From Chrysomallon squamiferum (Eukaryota > Animalia > Mollusca), in the NCBI GenBank assembly GCA_012295275.1, contig CM022673.1:18228001-18292000 (forward strand): a stretch of 64,000 bases of DNA, read 5' to 3'. How positions within the stretch are numbered: position 1 is the stretch's first letter; each line of letters begins with the position of its first letter. The translations under genes and the position numbers were made by a program. Shown one piece after another: positions 45,778 to 60,037 of the stretch. The notes beneath the pieces are model-generated. The model made no database searches, had not been told where the DNA came from, and saw only the letters and a program-made list of their open reading frames with translations.

Positions 45778-47175
45778 CGTGTCTTCATTAATCAGCCGTT
45801 CATTAATCACAGTCTCCACAACACCCAGCAGGTCTGCGAAACACAGCCCTCGTTCAACACTGACAAACAGTAACTGCAGCAATCTTCGTAATATTAGCAT
45901 TACTACTAGTACTACTGTTACTGCTGTTGTTACTACCGTTACTTCTGCTACTACTAGTATTAATATTAGCATAGCAGTAGAAGAAGAAGAAGAAGAAGAA
46001 AAGAAGTAAAATTAGTAAAAGAAGCAATCACTGAAAAAGTAATAGTAATTATTTTGTTCCAACTGTTGTTGTAGTAAATGATACTGAAATTGTTGTAACA
46101 CTAATAACTCTTAGATGAATTGCTATCAAGATATGCGAGTCTGTTTTAACAACATAATGACAAGATATTATTTTACTACATTTTTACATTCCTGCGACAC
46201 GAACTTTTCTGTCAGTGAGTTTGTTTTTCTACAGAAAAACACTAAATTTAAAATAACTGTATAATTAGTTAAGAAAAATTCACGGCATCGACACCAGTCA
46301 TAATGGAAACGACGACGATTAAGATACAGATAATGATTATGCTGATAATCACTAAAATGAAACTGATGATGTTAATAATAAGACTGATGATGATGATGAT
46401 GATGATGGCCGGATGATGCCATTGACAGATATAAATTTGCTGATGACGACAACAATATAGCCAGTAATGATGATAACGATAACGACGAATACGGTGACAA
46501 TAACGACAACGACAAAGGTTACTAGTGTTTTGTTAATGATGACAACACTTTATTTTTCAATCGTTAAACTTGAGAAAGGAGAGTTTCCATTTTGTGTGAC
46601 TGAATCCTCGAGACCTAGCAAGCTCAGGCAGATGTATAATTAAATAAAACAAGTCAAAGTGAAAAACACACAGCTACAACATCTTCGTTACGTCCGTTTG
46701 TCCCCGATTTGACCATGCACCGATATCGAATCAGGATGCGAAATAACAGCTTATTCAAGCCTCGGGCAATCCGACATAGAAATCAATAACAATTGGACTT
46801 TGGTTCGTTTGCCTACAGTCCTATAGAGACAATACACTATCTGTGTCAAGACATCTAGCTCGCAGATAATACAAAATTTTAAAACTGTCACAATAAATAT
46901 TTGTTTTTTGATATAGCATGATATTTACTTTGTAGGTATATATAGATATGTGTGTGTACATACCCCGTATAATTTCTGTTGTCGTTATTATCGTAATCTT
47001 CAAATACGTTTTATCTCCTTATGCTTTTCGTTTGAAAAAATATTGATTTGGTAAGTTAAATAAAAGAACTCCAATTTATATATATAGGCCTTTCTTCTTC
47101 GCTCTTTTATTATACTGACATAAAAAGATCAATCAAATATGAGTTTAGTGCATATAATGTTTTACCTAGACACAA

Positions 47176-47431
<256 letters not shown>

Positions 47432-48318
47432 GTGTTCATCAAGGTGAGTGAATTAATCTTTGTGAGAGCAATAAATCATCGAACGTTCATTACGAAGTCC
47501 ATTAAAGACGCACACTCGACTACATTAACAGAGAGATACGCGCTATTCACTAGCGCCGTTTTTTTGTCACTTGATTGCGGAATCGCGTGATGGCCAGAGG
47601 CAGCTGATATTTAGTAAACTCTGATTAAGTCGTTAATGCCTGGTCTAGCTCAGTGAGCACTATTACACTGTTATTATCTTCACTTCACTACTCAGCTTTT
47701 CGTCGATTCTTTTCGACCGTATTTCACACCAGAGGGAAACAATGAATATACACTTTTAGTATATGTTTTGGTTGTTGTTATTTTTTATAATGTTTTTTCT
47801 CTTCTATTTCGGGTAATGGCTTTGTTGTGGTCATTTGATGGAAAGTCTTAACTGAATTAAACATTTCTTCTTCTTCTTCTTCTTCTTTTTTCTTCTTCTT
47901 CTTCTTCTTCTTCTTCTTTTCTTCGTCTTCTTCTGTTTCTTCTTCTTCTCCTTCGTCTTCTTCTTCTTTTTTAATACTGATTAATGTTTCGATTTTTTTT
48001 ATCATCCTGCCTTCTCATTCTTCATTCTTTACTTCAGTTCATTTCTTGTATTTTTCTTATTCTCAGAGCTTGAATCATATTTTAAAAACAAATAAAAAAA
48101 AAAAAAAAACCAAGAAGAACAGCATTAACAACAAAACTGCTAGTGTTATTATACCACACTATGCTGTTATAACTACTACTACTACAACCTTTACCACTAA
48201 CACTACGACCAATACTAATACTACAGATATTACTACTTCTACCGCTATTACGATTATTACTGCAGCACAACAACAACAGAACAACAACAACAATAACAAA
48301 AACTACTACTACTGATTT

Positions 48319-48375
<57 letters not shown>

Positions 48376-49531
48376 ATAATAATAATAATAAAAGAAATTA
48401 AACTGCACAAAAACATTACATATATAAAACAAGTTCATCAGTGTTTTTTTTTTTTTTTTTTGTTGATGTTCCTGCTGTTGTTGTTGTTGGCGCTGTTGTT
48501 ATTGTTTTGGTTGTTGTTGATGATGATGTTTTTGGTCTTCACATTGAAAAAAAGCTGGTATTGAAATCTCTGTAGCTAAGTTCTATTGAATCAAACAATA
48601 AATATATTTACGTTCACGATGTTCGGTACATGCTCTACTTTACATACATCTCTGTGTGGAACAGTTTACAAGTCTCTTGGGACTTGTAATTATCATACAG
48701 AATTTGATGTGTTTGTTGTTTTCAGTGTTAAACTGATTAATTCTGGACAACTGAATATGTAGCAATTAAATAATGAAATGATTTTTGAAAAGTTGTATTA
48801 ACGTCATGATATAGTCTTAATGAATAAAATGTTAATCATTAATAATAATAATAGTAGTAGTTGTAGTAGTATTAAATAAATAAATAAATAATAATGATGA
48901 CAATATTAATAATTTTAGTATGATATACTATTACAACTAATGTTATTATTAATACTCTTCTTCTTATTATTATTATAACTAAAAAAAAAATAATGAATAA
49001 ATAAATACATTTCAGAATACAAATACATATATATATCAATTAACAGAATTATAAAGATTTATTTTTGTTCCTAGAAGAGCATTTTTTCAAATAATATAAT
49101 GAACAATTCTCCTCTAAATGCAAATAAATCAAATACGTTTTGTATATATATATATATATATAAACGCTATATGTTATATATCACAAAAGAAACATTAAAA
49201 AAAGTGTTAATTACATCTGTACGAGAGAAATGAATTAGACACGTGTGTTTCGTGTTATTATTTCTAATCAATTGTTACGGTGTGTAAAGAACACAACAAA
49301 CGTCAGCTCCCGGCTACAACGAAAACTCGCATCTGTGCTGTTGTTTACGACAGTGTGCATTAGCTTAATTATTTCTGCACATTTAGACGAGCAAATTAAC
49401 ACTGGTAATTAAATGAACTGTTTGACATGCACTTATGGTCATGGACAGTAATGTGTTGAGATAATATATCCAGGTAGAATATTAATGAACGGTTCAGCGA
49501 TATATTCAGGTATGGTTCAGTTAATGTAGTT

Positions 49532-49668
49532 ATGGGCGGTTCAGGCAATATTATCATAATTCATGGACGGTTCAGGCAATATTATCATAATTCATGGGCG
49601 GTTCAGGCAATATTATCGTAATTCATGGACGGTTCAGGCAATATTATCATAATTCATGGACGGTTCAG
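49532..49668. repeat. 31-bp tandem repeat ATGG(G/A)CGGTTCAGGCAATATTATCATAATTC, ~4.4 copies
   Basis: Copies start at 49532, 49563, 49594, 49625 and 49656, with a degenerate copy near 49485. Confidence 0.95.
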
Positions 49669-51266
49669 ATAATACAGTCTTGTGCAAATAAACCTAGATC
49701 TGTGTTATAAAATGTTTTACTGTTAGACAATCAGAGATTAGCGTTTTACGCGACCTGAGCTAGTGCTGCATGGTAGCAGGATTCGATCCTAGAATTTACC
49801 TGTGTAACTGTTGACAGCTTAATAACTACATCACTAAAACTGGTTAATCCAAATGTCTTCCATTTATATGAACGGAACTGATTTTTAAAATTATTTTCGT
49901 AAGCTATGGAAATCATCAGTAATTAAACTCTTAGAATAGCCAACTATTATACGTCTTTATAATAAATTTAGTTACACTGTTAAGAGTCTCGATAGTTCCA
50001 TGGTTACTTAACACTGGTAGGTTTTGATATCACATTAGAGTAGTGCTCATTTTTCTAGAGTTAACTGCCGAAAACAGAAATACACGATATTGTGACTAAC
50101 ACTGAAAAACTGTCCTGGGCTGACAGTTTACATCGGTAACCTTTGTGATCTTCATTCAACATTAGCTTGTTAATCTATGACTATGCGCATTATAAAAGAA
50201 AGATCGATGCAGTAAAATTAATGTTTGAAAAATTACTTCCCACTGTTTGATGGATTTCAACAATAAACTGTCATGATGTTTTGATGGAAACATTAATACT
50301 TCTAAATTGTTCCTAATAAAGTTTTAAAAATTTTCTCTTTTATAAACTTCGTTCTAAATTGGTCGTAATAACGTCAATCTAAGCGGCATTGTGTTATGCT
50401 GTGAACATTTATCAAAAAGTAATTACGTCTAAATTAGAGTTTTTTCTGGAGTCTATTTAATTATCAAACATATCGGAGAGAGTCGACAATACATCGTAAA
50501 ACAGACCGAAAACGAACAGCTAAAAGAGGTTAAAAAATTTCTTCGTAGTTATCTCTGTTATCTTTGGGTTTTTTTTTTTTGCTTCGTATGAAATATTCTG
50601 ACTAAACAAATTAGATAATTTCCGACTGGTTAAGAGAGAAGATTGTAAAGATTATATATGACAAGCTGACTGACATGTTTGAATTAATGGAGAAACACAA
50701 CGTAGATATCTGTTTCTCAAACTGAATAATCAATCGCAGAATGACGTCATTTCCTGTGTATTTGTTCTACCTTTTGTCCACACTATATTGGTTCAATTTT
50801 ATTACCGTATTTTAATTTTGTTTAATTTTTTGTCTTCACAGATGAAAATAAAATAAAACAAAACAAAACATGATCTTAGATGTCTGGAAAAAGGAAGGAA
50901 GGAAGAAAAGAAAAACACAATGAATGAATAACTGAATGGATGAATTTTCCCAAAGAATTGTTGTTGCTGATCTTCAAACTGAAATCACTTCTAAAAGTGA
51001 ATCAAGTGTCCGGTTTCCAAGGAAACAGGTCTTTCACCTCCCCGGAACTGTTTGGAGAGCTCGGAGTGTGAAACAATTAGTTGAAGACTTACTTTGGGGA
51101 ATATGCTCAGTGACTGATGTCTCACTAACTCTTACTAATTTGCTTTACGACTGCCGCGGTAATAAATGAGACAAGTTGTCGAGTGTCTGAGTTCTGCTCA
51201 AGTGAAGGTGGACGTGAAGTTGTGTGTGTGTGTGCAGATAATGACTGTTTACCATGAAACTTTTAC

Positions 51267-51323
<57 letters not shown>

Positions 51324-52374
51324 TGTTGTTGTTGTTGTTGTTCTGGATCTTCTTCTTCTTCGTCTTCTTCTTCTTATTATTATTATCATTATCATTGCTA
51401 TTATTATTATTATTATTTTTGTTTTCAAACGTAAATTGGTTAATGGTAATTTCTAACACCAAAAAGAATTTGATGATAATTGGTTTCGAATTTACGAATG
51501 GTCGAAGCCCTTCGTTATATGTTTCAGAGAATAAGGCTATTTACAGCTGAATTTAAAATTTGACTGATCTTGCCTATGGGAAAACTGGGTTCTCAGAGCA
51601 CTGAAATAATGGAAAAATGGTATTTGATGTTCCAATATTTTAACGAGAAAATCTAGTTATTTTATTTCCCTGTCAAAGACTTTTCAATAGCGAAATTGTT
51701 TGGAAATATCAGATTAAAATAAAAGGGACTGTATTTGAGTGGTGATGGGACACGTGATCGATACTCCGCAGTATGCTTGTTGAGTGATTTCCCAGATAAT
51801 TCATCTCCAAAGAATTATCAAATTGTTATATGTGTTTTGCTCACTATCAAATATATTTATTACAAGATCATTCATTGCAAATAGAATATAGCAAAAGATG
51901 AGATGAAGGCCACGTGTTTCACCTCTTATCATTTATTACTAATATCTACTAATCGTTAAAACAATTCTCGTTAACAGATTATTTGCTGAAATTTATAGAG
52001 TGAATGTTGTATAAACACAGATACATACTTACAACAAAAATAATAATTAAAAAAAGAAGAAATGAATGAAACGATTAATTTTGAAGTGTCCTTGATGAGG
52101 TAATTTAATTTTGATATCGCATTGCGTTTAGATGTCACAGCAAAAGTAACAAACTTCATCTTTGCTGTAAGTATCTAAGGAAAACAAAAATGAAAGAAAA
52201 GAGAAAAAAATAATCCCTAATTGATGTTCTCCTTTTAGTGTTAATAAGCGAGTCACGAAAACACCTAAAAATGTTACGTATTGACGTCATTTTCGGAAAC
52301 GCTTCACGGTGTCGCTGTATTATTATTAAACATCATTAGATATCGTAATAGAGAATTAAAGTACAGAATATACT

Positions 52375-52878
52375 ATACAACTTACATAGATGATTTATCT
52401 CTTACATTATATCTTACTAAACTTATAGAGAAAATTTAATCTTTTACATTATATCTTACACAACTAGAGAATATTTATCTTTTACATTGTATTTTACAAA
52501 ACTTATAGAGAAAATGTATCTTTTACATTATATCTTACACAGATTACAGGGAAGATTTTTTATATCTTACGTAACGTACAGAGATGATTTATCTTTTATA
52601 TCTTACACAACTAGAGAAAAATCTTACACAGATTACGTACTTAGAGATGATTTATCTTTTACATTATACCTTACATAGATTACAGGGAAGATTTAACTTC
52701 TACATTATATCTTACACAACTAGAGATGATTTATCTTTTACATTATACCTTACATAGATTACAGGGAAGATTTAACTTCTACATTATATCTTACACAACT
52801 AGAGAAGATTTATCTTTTACGTTATATCTTACACAGATTACAGGGAAGACTTTTATATCTTACAAAACTTTTATCTTT
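52375..52878. repeat. Degenerate ~36-42-bp minisatellite with a 79-bp dimer unit
   Basis: The motif gatttatcttttacattatatcttacac recurs, with near-exact 79-bp period at 52643, 52722 and 52801. Confidence 0.85.
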
Positions 52879-52998
52879 AAATTAGCAGAGACGTCTGACG
52901 TGTGAGGTCGTCCTCCTGTACCAGTGAGTTAGCGGACATTGTCTAGGTACACAGTCTTATGAGACGTATTTTAAAATAATAGAATAATAATAAGAAAA

Positions 52999-53038
<40 letters not shown>

Positions 53039-55129
53039 AAAGAAAAAGAAGACCACAATACTAACAATACTACAAACACGAAGAAACACACAAGAGATGA
53101 GAAAAAAAAAAAAAAAAAAAAGAATGATTTTTAAAAAAACATTTGGGTAAAGGCTGAAGCTAAATTAATATAAGTTATAAAATATTTAGTTTGACTAGAA
53201 GTGATCAGTCTGAATGTTTCTAGAAACTGATTTATCATCACGGAACAGTGTGTCAGAGTGAAAGGAGAAGCATTCAGAAACTTGACAAAATTAATGATAC
53301 AAAATTACATTAGCAAGTCCACGCTAATCTGTCACCACAGAACTGACCTAGGACGACACAACACTGACACAGTGAATGTATCAATTAGTTTATTCATTTA
53401 CATCATTTACATTTTAATAGATTTGTTTCTTCCGATTTAATAATCATCATCATCATCATCATCATCACCTTCATCATTATCATAATTATTCCTCCTTTTT
53501 TTTTTTGATTCTATAATCATGTCAGAAATAAATCTATATTCATGATTATGGCTTTTATTTAATATTAAACAGATGAAAAGACATAGCTGCAATTTAGATT
53601 TCAGTTGTTGACTTGCTAATGAGGTTCATCATTTTAATACTGAAACGAGTAAGAGGTAGCCGGATCTGGAGAGACCACTGGTCAGTTTAATAGTCCAGCT
53701 TTGACTGTGACTGTATGTTTGCTTTCTCGCCAGTAACAAGCTGCAAGTAAACCTGCCTGACTGCCAACAAGTGTAATTAAAACAACAATAAAATCAAATT
53801 TCCTGTCTCACGTCTTTATTTCACAAAAGTGATTACGACACATCTGTGATAATAGATCATAATAAAATATTTTGTCAATTATCTATTTACATTTATATAG
53901 TATACCTGAAACACAGATGAAATAAGCCAGAGTGTAAGCAGAGTTCAAAACAAAATCTATATAACTATTCATTCATCAGTAACAGCTCGGATATCTCTGT
54001 TTTGTCTCATTTTAAAAGTTTATTTTGTAGTTTTGAGACTTTTTCTCTGAGGCTAACGCAACAGAGGTAATGTAACCGGTCAAGTCTAATACACATTTTA
54101 ACCCTGGATAGTTGTAGATTTTCAATTTTAAACTGTGTATAATCTCTCACTTTGTCAAAACTCTCTCATTTTTCATTGGTCATGTTTTCGTAATCTAGAT
54201 ATTTCTTCGTGACGATGGAAAATGAATTTACACGTGACAAATTGTGTTTTCTGTGGTTGTGTTAGAGATGCAAGGTTTCCCTGCAGAAGACTGTAAAGCT
54301 AATTGTAAGTTAGAAATGTTCAGAGTTTACTCCCAGTAGTTGACTGAGACTAATGAGTTTGAGAATTCTGGTTTGTGATAACAGTTTTCATTAGTGTTTA
54401 ATAAAACTGTCCACTCTTCATGATTGGTACACCAAGTAGACACTTCGCAGTGATTAATTTTAGAGATACTTCCGCTCAGAGAAATAGTTCTCACGTAAAA
54501 TTGCTCTCGTGCATCGTGGTTAAACAAACACAAGATAAATGCTGATTTAGTTAAATACCTCGTTAGACTGACCATGCAGTTCACTGTGATATTAAAAATA
54601 AATAATAACAAATAAACAGTTTCGTACTTTAGTACGCAGTATCAGTACGCTAAGTGACAGTATATTTCCGTGACCGATCAGATGACTTATTACGGTAAAT
54701 TATTTGAGAGTATCGAGTAAATTGGTATATTCAGTAAACTAATTCATGGTGATAGATCAAAGAGGTAATTACGCTAAGTAATATAGTCCAGTGTGACGAA
54801 TCACGCAGATTATTGCGCTAATGAAACAGTTCCGTATGAGAAAACTCACGTCGAAAGAAGTATTATTTTCAGAACTGTGGATGTTCGATAATTATCTAAT
54901 AAAAATAGCAGTAATTCTCCCTGGAGAAAACTACATTTGTCAGTACTTAAATACTGAGTCAGTTATAGATGTTTTAAATGTCAATTTTAAACTCAGCGGT
55001 TTTAAATAAAGTACTATCTCACCCACATATTTTCACATTCATTTAAACTCCTTATTTTTATCTGTGTCTCGTTTTTTTCACTTCTTTCCTTCTCACTGCG
55101 TCATTCCGTGACAAGTCGTGATAATGCGA

Positions 55130-55339
55130 ATGCTGACGGCCACGCCCAGTTTGGACAAAAATCATCAAAATTGCTAGGACTGTATTTTGGAAACCGTTTG
55201 CTAAAAAATAGAAAAATCAGCACTTTTTACTCCGGGTACCACAAAATACCACTTTCTTTTTCAGCCAAATTGGAAGCTGTTAGGTTTCATCCTTTGGCTG
55301 ATTTGACATGGAATGACATGGAATGACATGGAATGACCC
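55130..55339. mobile_element. Possible end of a non-autonomous DNA transposon with a triplicated terminal 10-mer
   Basis: Ends in (tgacatggaa)x3 tgaccc, i.e. GGGTCATTCCATGTCA on the minus strand, which looks like a terminal inverted repeat. The other end was not found. Confidence 0.3.
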
Positions 55340-56210
55340 TTTCTGTCTACTTCTCAGATTTTAATGCCAGCGCCGTCTTAAACTACTGCAGCAACCATCA
55401 CTACTATTATATATTATTTCTAATTTCCAATTGTAATTACGACTATTATTATTATTGTTCCAAAACTCTGTATTATTACTATTTCTGAAAATGCTAAAAT
55501 ATTATTTTACATTAGTATTGTGAAACTCCAGAAAGAAAGAAATTTGTCTTTCTCTGAGATCTCTATTTCTACAGCGATGACGTAATCATTTGAAATGGAA
55601 ACATCGACTTCCTCCTGTATGTGCTAAGACGCAGGTCGCCATGTCTCAGTTCTTATTTGTTACTATGGAAACCGATGCAAAACACAGTTTTTAATTTGTT
55701 TTTTAATTTGTTTTTTCTTCTTTTGCAGCAAGTTTTGTACAGTCATTTAATTTTGTTTCTTCATAAAAGTCTCGTGTTAGCGAGATTTATTGATTTTGCA
55801 TGTTTTTTATTTTTCAAATCATACGCTTGAATATTAATCATACATTCGTATTGTGACCCAGTAGTTTAGTTGTTTTAAACTGTCAACAATGACAACAAGA
55901 AAGGAGAAGAAGAAAAATGTAAAAATAATTTTCACTATTTTCACTCCTTAACGACGTTTACAGCTGACGTATAAATACGTCAAAGAACAAACAAAACAAA
56001 CAAACAAACAAAAAAATAAATAAGTAAATAAGTAAATAAGTAAATAAATAAATTCACTGCTAACTAAATTCAGGTAGTATGGGATACTGGTGTAATAACT
56101 TTCTTAGTGTCCTCGTAACTGTGGTAACAGTATGAGTAATTATTGTAATTATAGTAGTAGTAGTAGTAATATTATCATGAACGATCACTATAAAAACAAA
56201 TAATAACATC

Positions 56211-56246
<36 letters not shown>

Positions 56247-56279
56247 AAAATAAAAAATATAAAATATAAAAAAATAAAA

Positions 56280-56341
<62 letters not shown>

Positions 56342-56882
56342 TAATAATAATAAGTATTAATGGCGTCTCATCGCTGTAACTATTATTTCAGAGGGTTTAT
56401 TTGTCTGCGCGAGCTGTCACAAAGACTCAAGAAAACTTGTTTACATGCAGAATTTCACAAACAAAATCATTGTTTCGTTCAAATGGAACGAAATATTCTG
56501 TAAAAATAGCGACACGTCGAGACGAAGATCTGAGTTTTTATTTCTTTTCTACTCCAAATACATTTTCGTCCAAGTTTAGTGATGTAACTAGTTTCTGATC
56601 AAACAAACAGAACAAATGAGACGTCTGTGATCAGCTTAATAATTTGACATAACGTTGAGACTCTAATAACTGGAATTTTAATTGTTTATACATCTACCGC
56701 TAATGCGACTGCTTCAGTTACTGTGTCTGTACTACAGCTACTGTAACTACCACACAACCAACTAGTTCAGCTACTACTAATATTACTACTTCCATTACTA
56801 CTACTATTATTACTACTACCATTACTACTTTTACTACTACTATTTCTACAACTTTCATTGAATTTACAATACTACAACCACA

Positions 56883-56925
<43 letters not shown>

Positions 56926-57478
56926 AATTATTATTATTATTATTATTATTACTTGGATCTGTAACTATTGTTGTTATTCAGATATCTCTGTGCCATATTT
57001 TTTTACTCGAGCCGGACCGGCTACTAAACTATAAATTGTTTCGATTTACAATTTCATGCTAAGACGACCAAACAGAAACTCTGGCAATTCCAATTTCTGT
57101 CGTGAAATTGCTGTATCAGGAAAAGGCAAATGAGTCTTATGCGAAAATGACCGTCTAAATCACACTAATACACTTACATGTTAATGACGAATTAAACTAG
57201 TAAAGTGATACGTATTAAAATAAGCACGCTAAGTCTGAATTAAGTGACGTATCTAGATAACACAAATAATCACTTTATACAGTCTAAAGTAGCTGTTCAA
57301 GCGACGGATATCTTTTTCAGTAATAAAGTATTTCTAAACTTCATGTAAACATCTTGAAAACTGTAAATATCTGTACCAAGTCCCGTAAATATGTTTGTAA
57401 TATTTATGTAGATTTTGTTAGTTTAGTTTAATTTAGTTTATTGTGCTTTTATTAATTAATTAATTAATTAATTAATTA

Positions 57479-57526
<48 letters not shown>

Positions 57527-60001
57527 TTGTCATTGTTGTTGTTGTTGTTGTCTACAGCAAAGACTGTTTTAAAGTGTACTTCAGTTTGATCTTCAGCTCA
57601 CTTTGCTGATATCTGTTTTGATAATGAATCTAGATAACTGCAAGGAACGTCTGCGTAAGTCATACAGCTGAATAACTAAATTAGATATATGTTCCCCAAA
57701 GACTTCAAAATTACTTCAGGAAATTGACAGATTTGTTATGTATCTAGATTACATCTCAAAATAGCTGCTACGTAAAACACACATGTAAATATCCCCGCCG
57801 AAACTATACACAAATAATATTTTATTTAACCAAGTATCTTCTGCGTGAACGACTTATAAAAATAACTAATTTGACAATTTTGAAAATAACGTCAGTGAAC
57901 TATTATGTCGTACAGATATCTAGATAAGTGTCAAAACTAAATAACGGTATCGTAAACGACATAACTGTCTAAATAATCACAATCAACAGCAATAACGAAG
58001 TTTGCAAATAAATCCAGTATAAACCTGTGTTACCAAAACGACAGGATCGTGAATCGAATTTTGGTTTTACAATCCAACGCGTAAGGGTAACTGATCTGTC
58101 AGTTGGGCTTTGCAAAGCCATGTATCAAACCAGCCAGGATGGAAGACAATTTAATTAGAAGCCACGTTCACGTTATTATGCCGCAGCTTTATTTGGCCTC
58201 AATGAATTAAACAATGACCGAATTCCCCTAAAGAAACTGACCGACGAGCCTTCAGAAGAGAAAATCTAAATTCAAGGCATGGACACAGACGACTTGATAA
58301 TATAGTTTCGGTGTGATTCGCGAAACTTCGTCATCGGTCGGAAATATTCGTCCTTTTTCGAAACATTTGGTATTTTATGCGAAAAATTATTGTTATTTAT
58401 TTTTTTTTTTTTTTTTTTTTTAAAAATTAAACTGTAGTTAGTATTCTCCTCCTTCTCTTCCCCCTCTTCTTCTTCTTCTTCTTCTTCTTCTTCTTCTTCT
58501 TCTACTTCTACTTCTGCAAAGAATAGTTTTCATTTCAGGTTATGCTAAACAGGCCTGACAAGTAAATGATGAAGGAACAAGTTTACTATTAGTATATTTT
58601 GAAAAAAGATCGAGTTGAAATCATGTGCTTTATTATATAATATTTACACGTTGTGATAGTTATTTTCGAATATTTTAACTTTTACTCTAATTCGTAGAGC
58701 TGATAAGGAAACTGAGAGGGCAAGACAGAAACAAGAGAGAGCACAGAAGAGGAAATAAGAGAAACTCAGAGTAAGAAAACAAAATTAAAAAGTCAGGCTG
58801 AGTGAGTTGGGTTGAGGAGAGTGTTAGAGAGGATCACGAAATTCACTGAACTATACTCTTTTAGAAATATATCACTTCGTTCTGAGAAAAAAGAAAAAGA
58901 AAATAATGAAAATGAAAATTTAATTTGAAACTGCAAAAAAATTAATTACTTCTAAAATTATGGTGTGAATTTGAAATTCATTACATGGTAGAAGATATGT
59001 GCAACATTTAAAAAATATATATTTTAAATATTTTTTAATACTTTCTTTTGTTTATCTTCTTCTACACCTTTTTTTTTTTTTTGGCATTCTTTCCGTATTT
59101 TTATCCTTTTTCAGCGAAAAAGCTGCACAGTATTTACCACGGATCAGTAAACGAGATTAATATATAAATGTCTAAATATTTGAAATGAAAAATAATAATA
59201 AGTTTCGTTCATGCAAGATATTGCTGTAATATTTATAGGATTTTCTTGTAAACACGTCATATTAATAACATATTGCGTATTATTTACGGTAAACTCGTCA
59301 CATGGATATTTTGTGCTGGAAGCTCTGAGCGCTATTTTACTATCTAGCCGTAAACAACAACGTCTTGTAACGAAATTAATTACATGTGAAAACAGTATCT
59401 TAAATATACCACAAAAATTAATTACTTTAATATAGCGATATATTCTGTTTAGGTATGCAAAATATATATGATAATTAATTAAACAGGCAACTGCGAAATG
59501 TTATGTTAAAGATAATAGGAGATTACACAACAGAAACATTTTAACTGAATGTGACTGCGCGTGTATGTGTGTTTTTATATTCATGTGTAAGTGCATGCGT
59601 GAATGTATGTGTATGCGTATGTGAGTGTGTATTACATGTATCTATATAATATAAATGTATGTGTATGTAAGTCTGGTTCATATACTACATTTAGTACCAT
59701 AGAGACTATGTTCAGCTGTTCTGTAGTCCAAAATTGCAGGAATTCTGGTCTACTGTGAAAGTATATTACTCTGGGAATGTGTGTGTCTGTTTGTGTGTGT
59801 TGGCGGGGGAGGGGGTATGTGTGTGTGCATACACGAATTTTCATCAAAGCAAAACACCGATTTAAGATGTACTGGCACAAAAAGAATCTGCAATGACAAG
59901 GGAAATAACTCGTATGTCCTTAAACGGTACAGAGTTACTTCTTCATTTTTAGTTTTTGTTACAAACACACTATTATCGTCATTATTATTATTATTATTAT
60001 T

Positions 60002-60037
<36 letters not shown>

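Noticed and set aside
50936-51169. 77-aa non-repetitive ORF (MDEFSQRIVV...)
   Set aside because: No recognisable domain and no convincing splice or promoter context.
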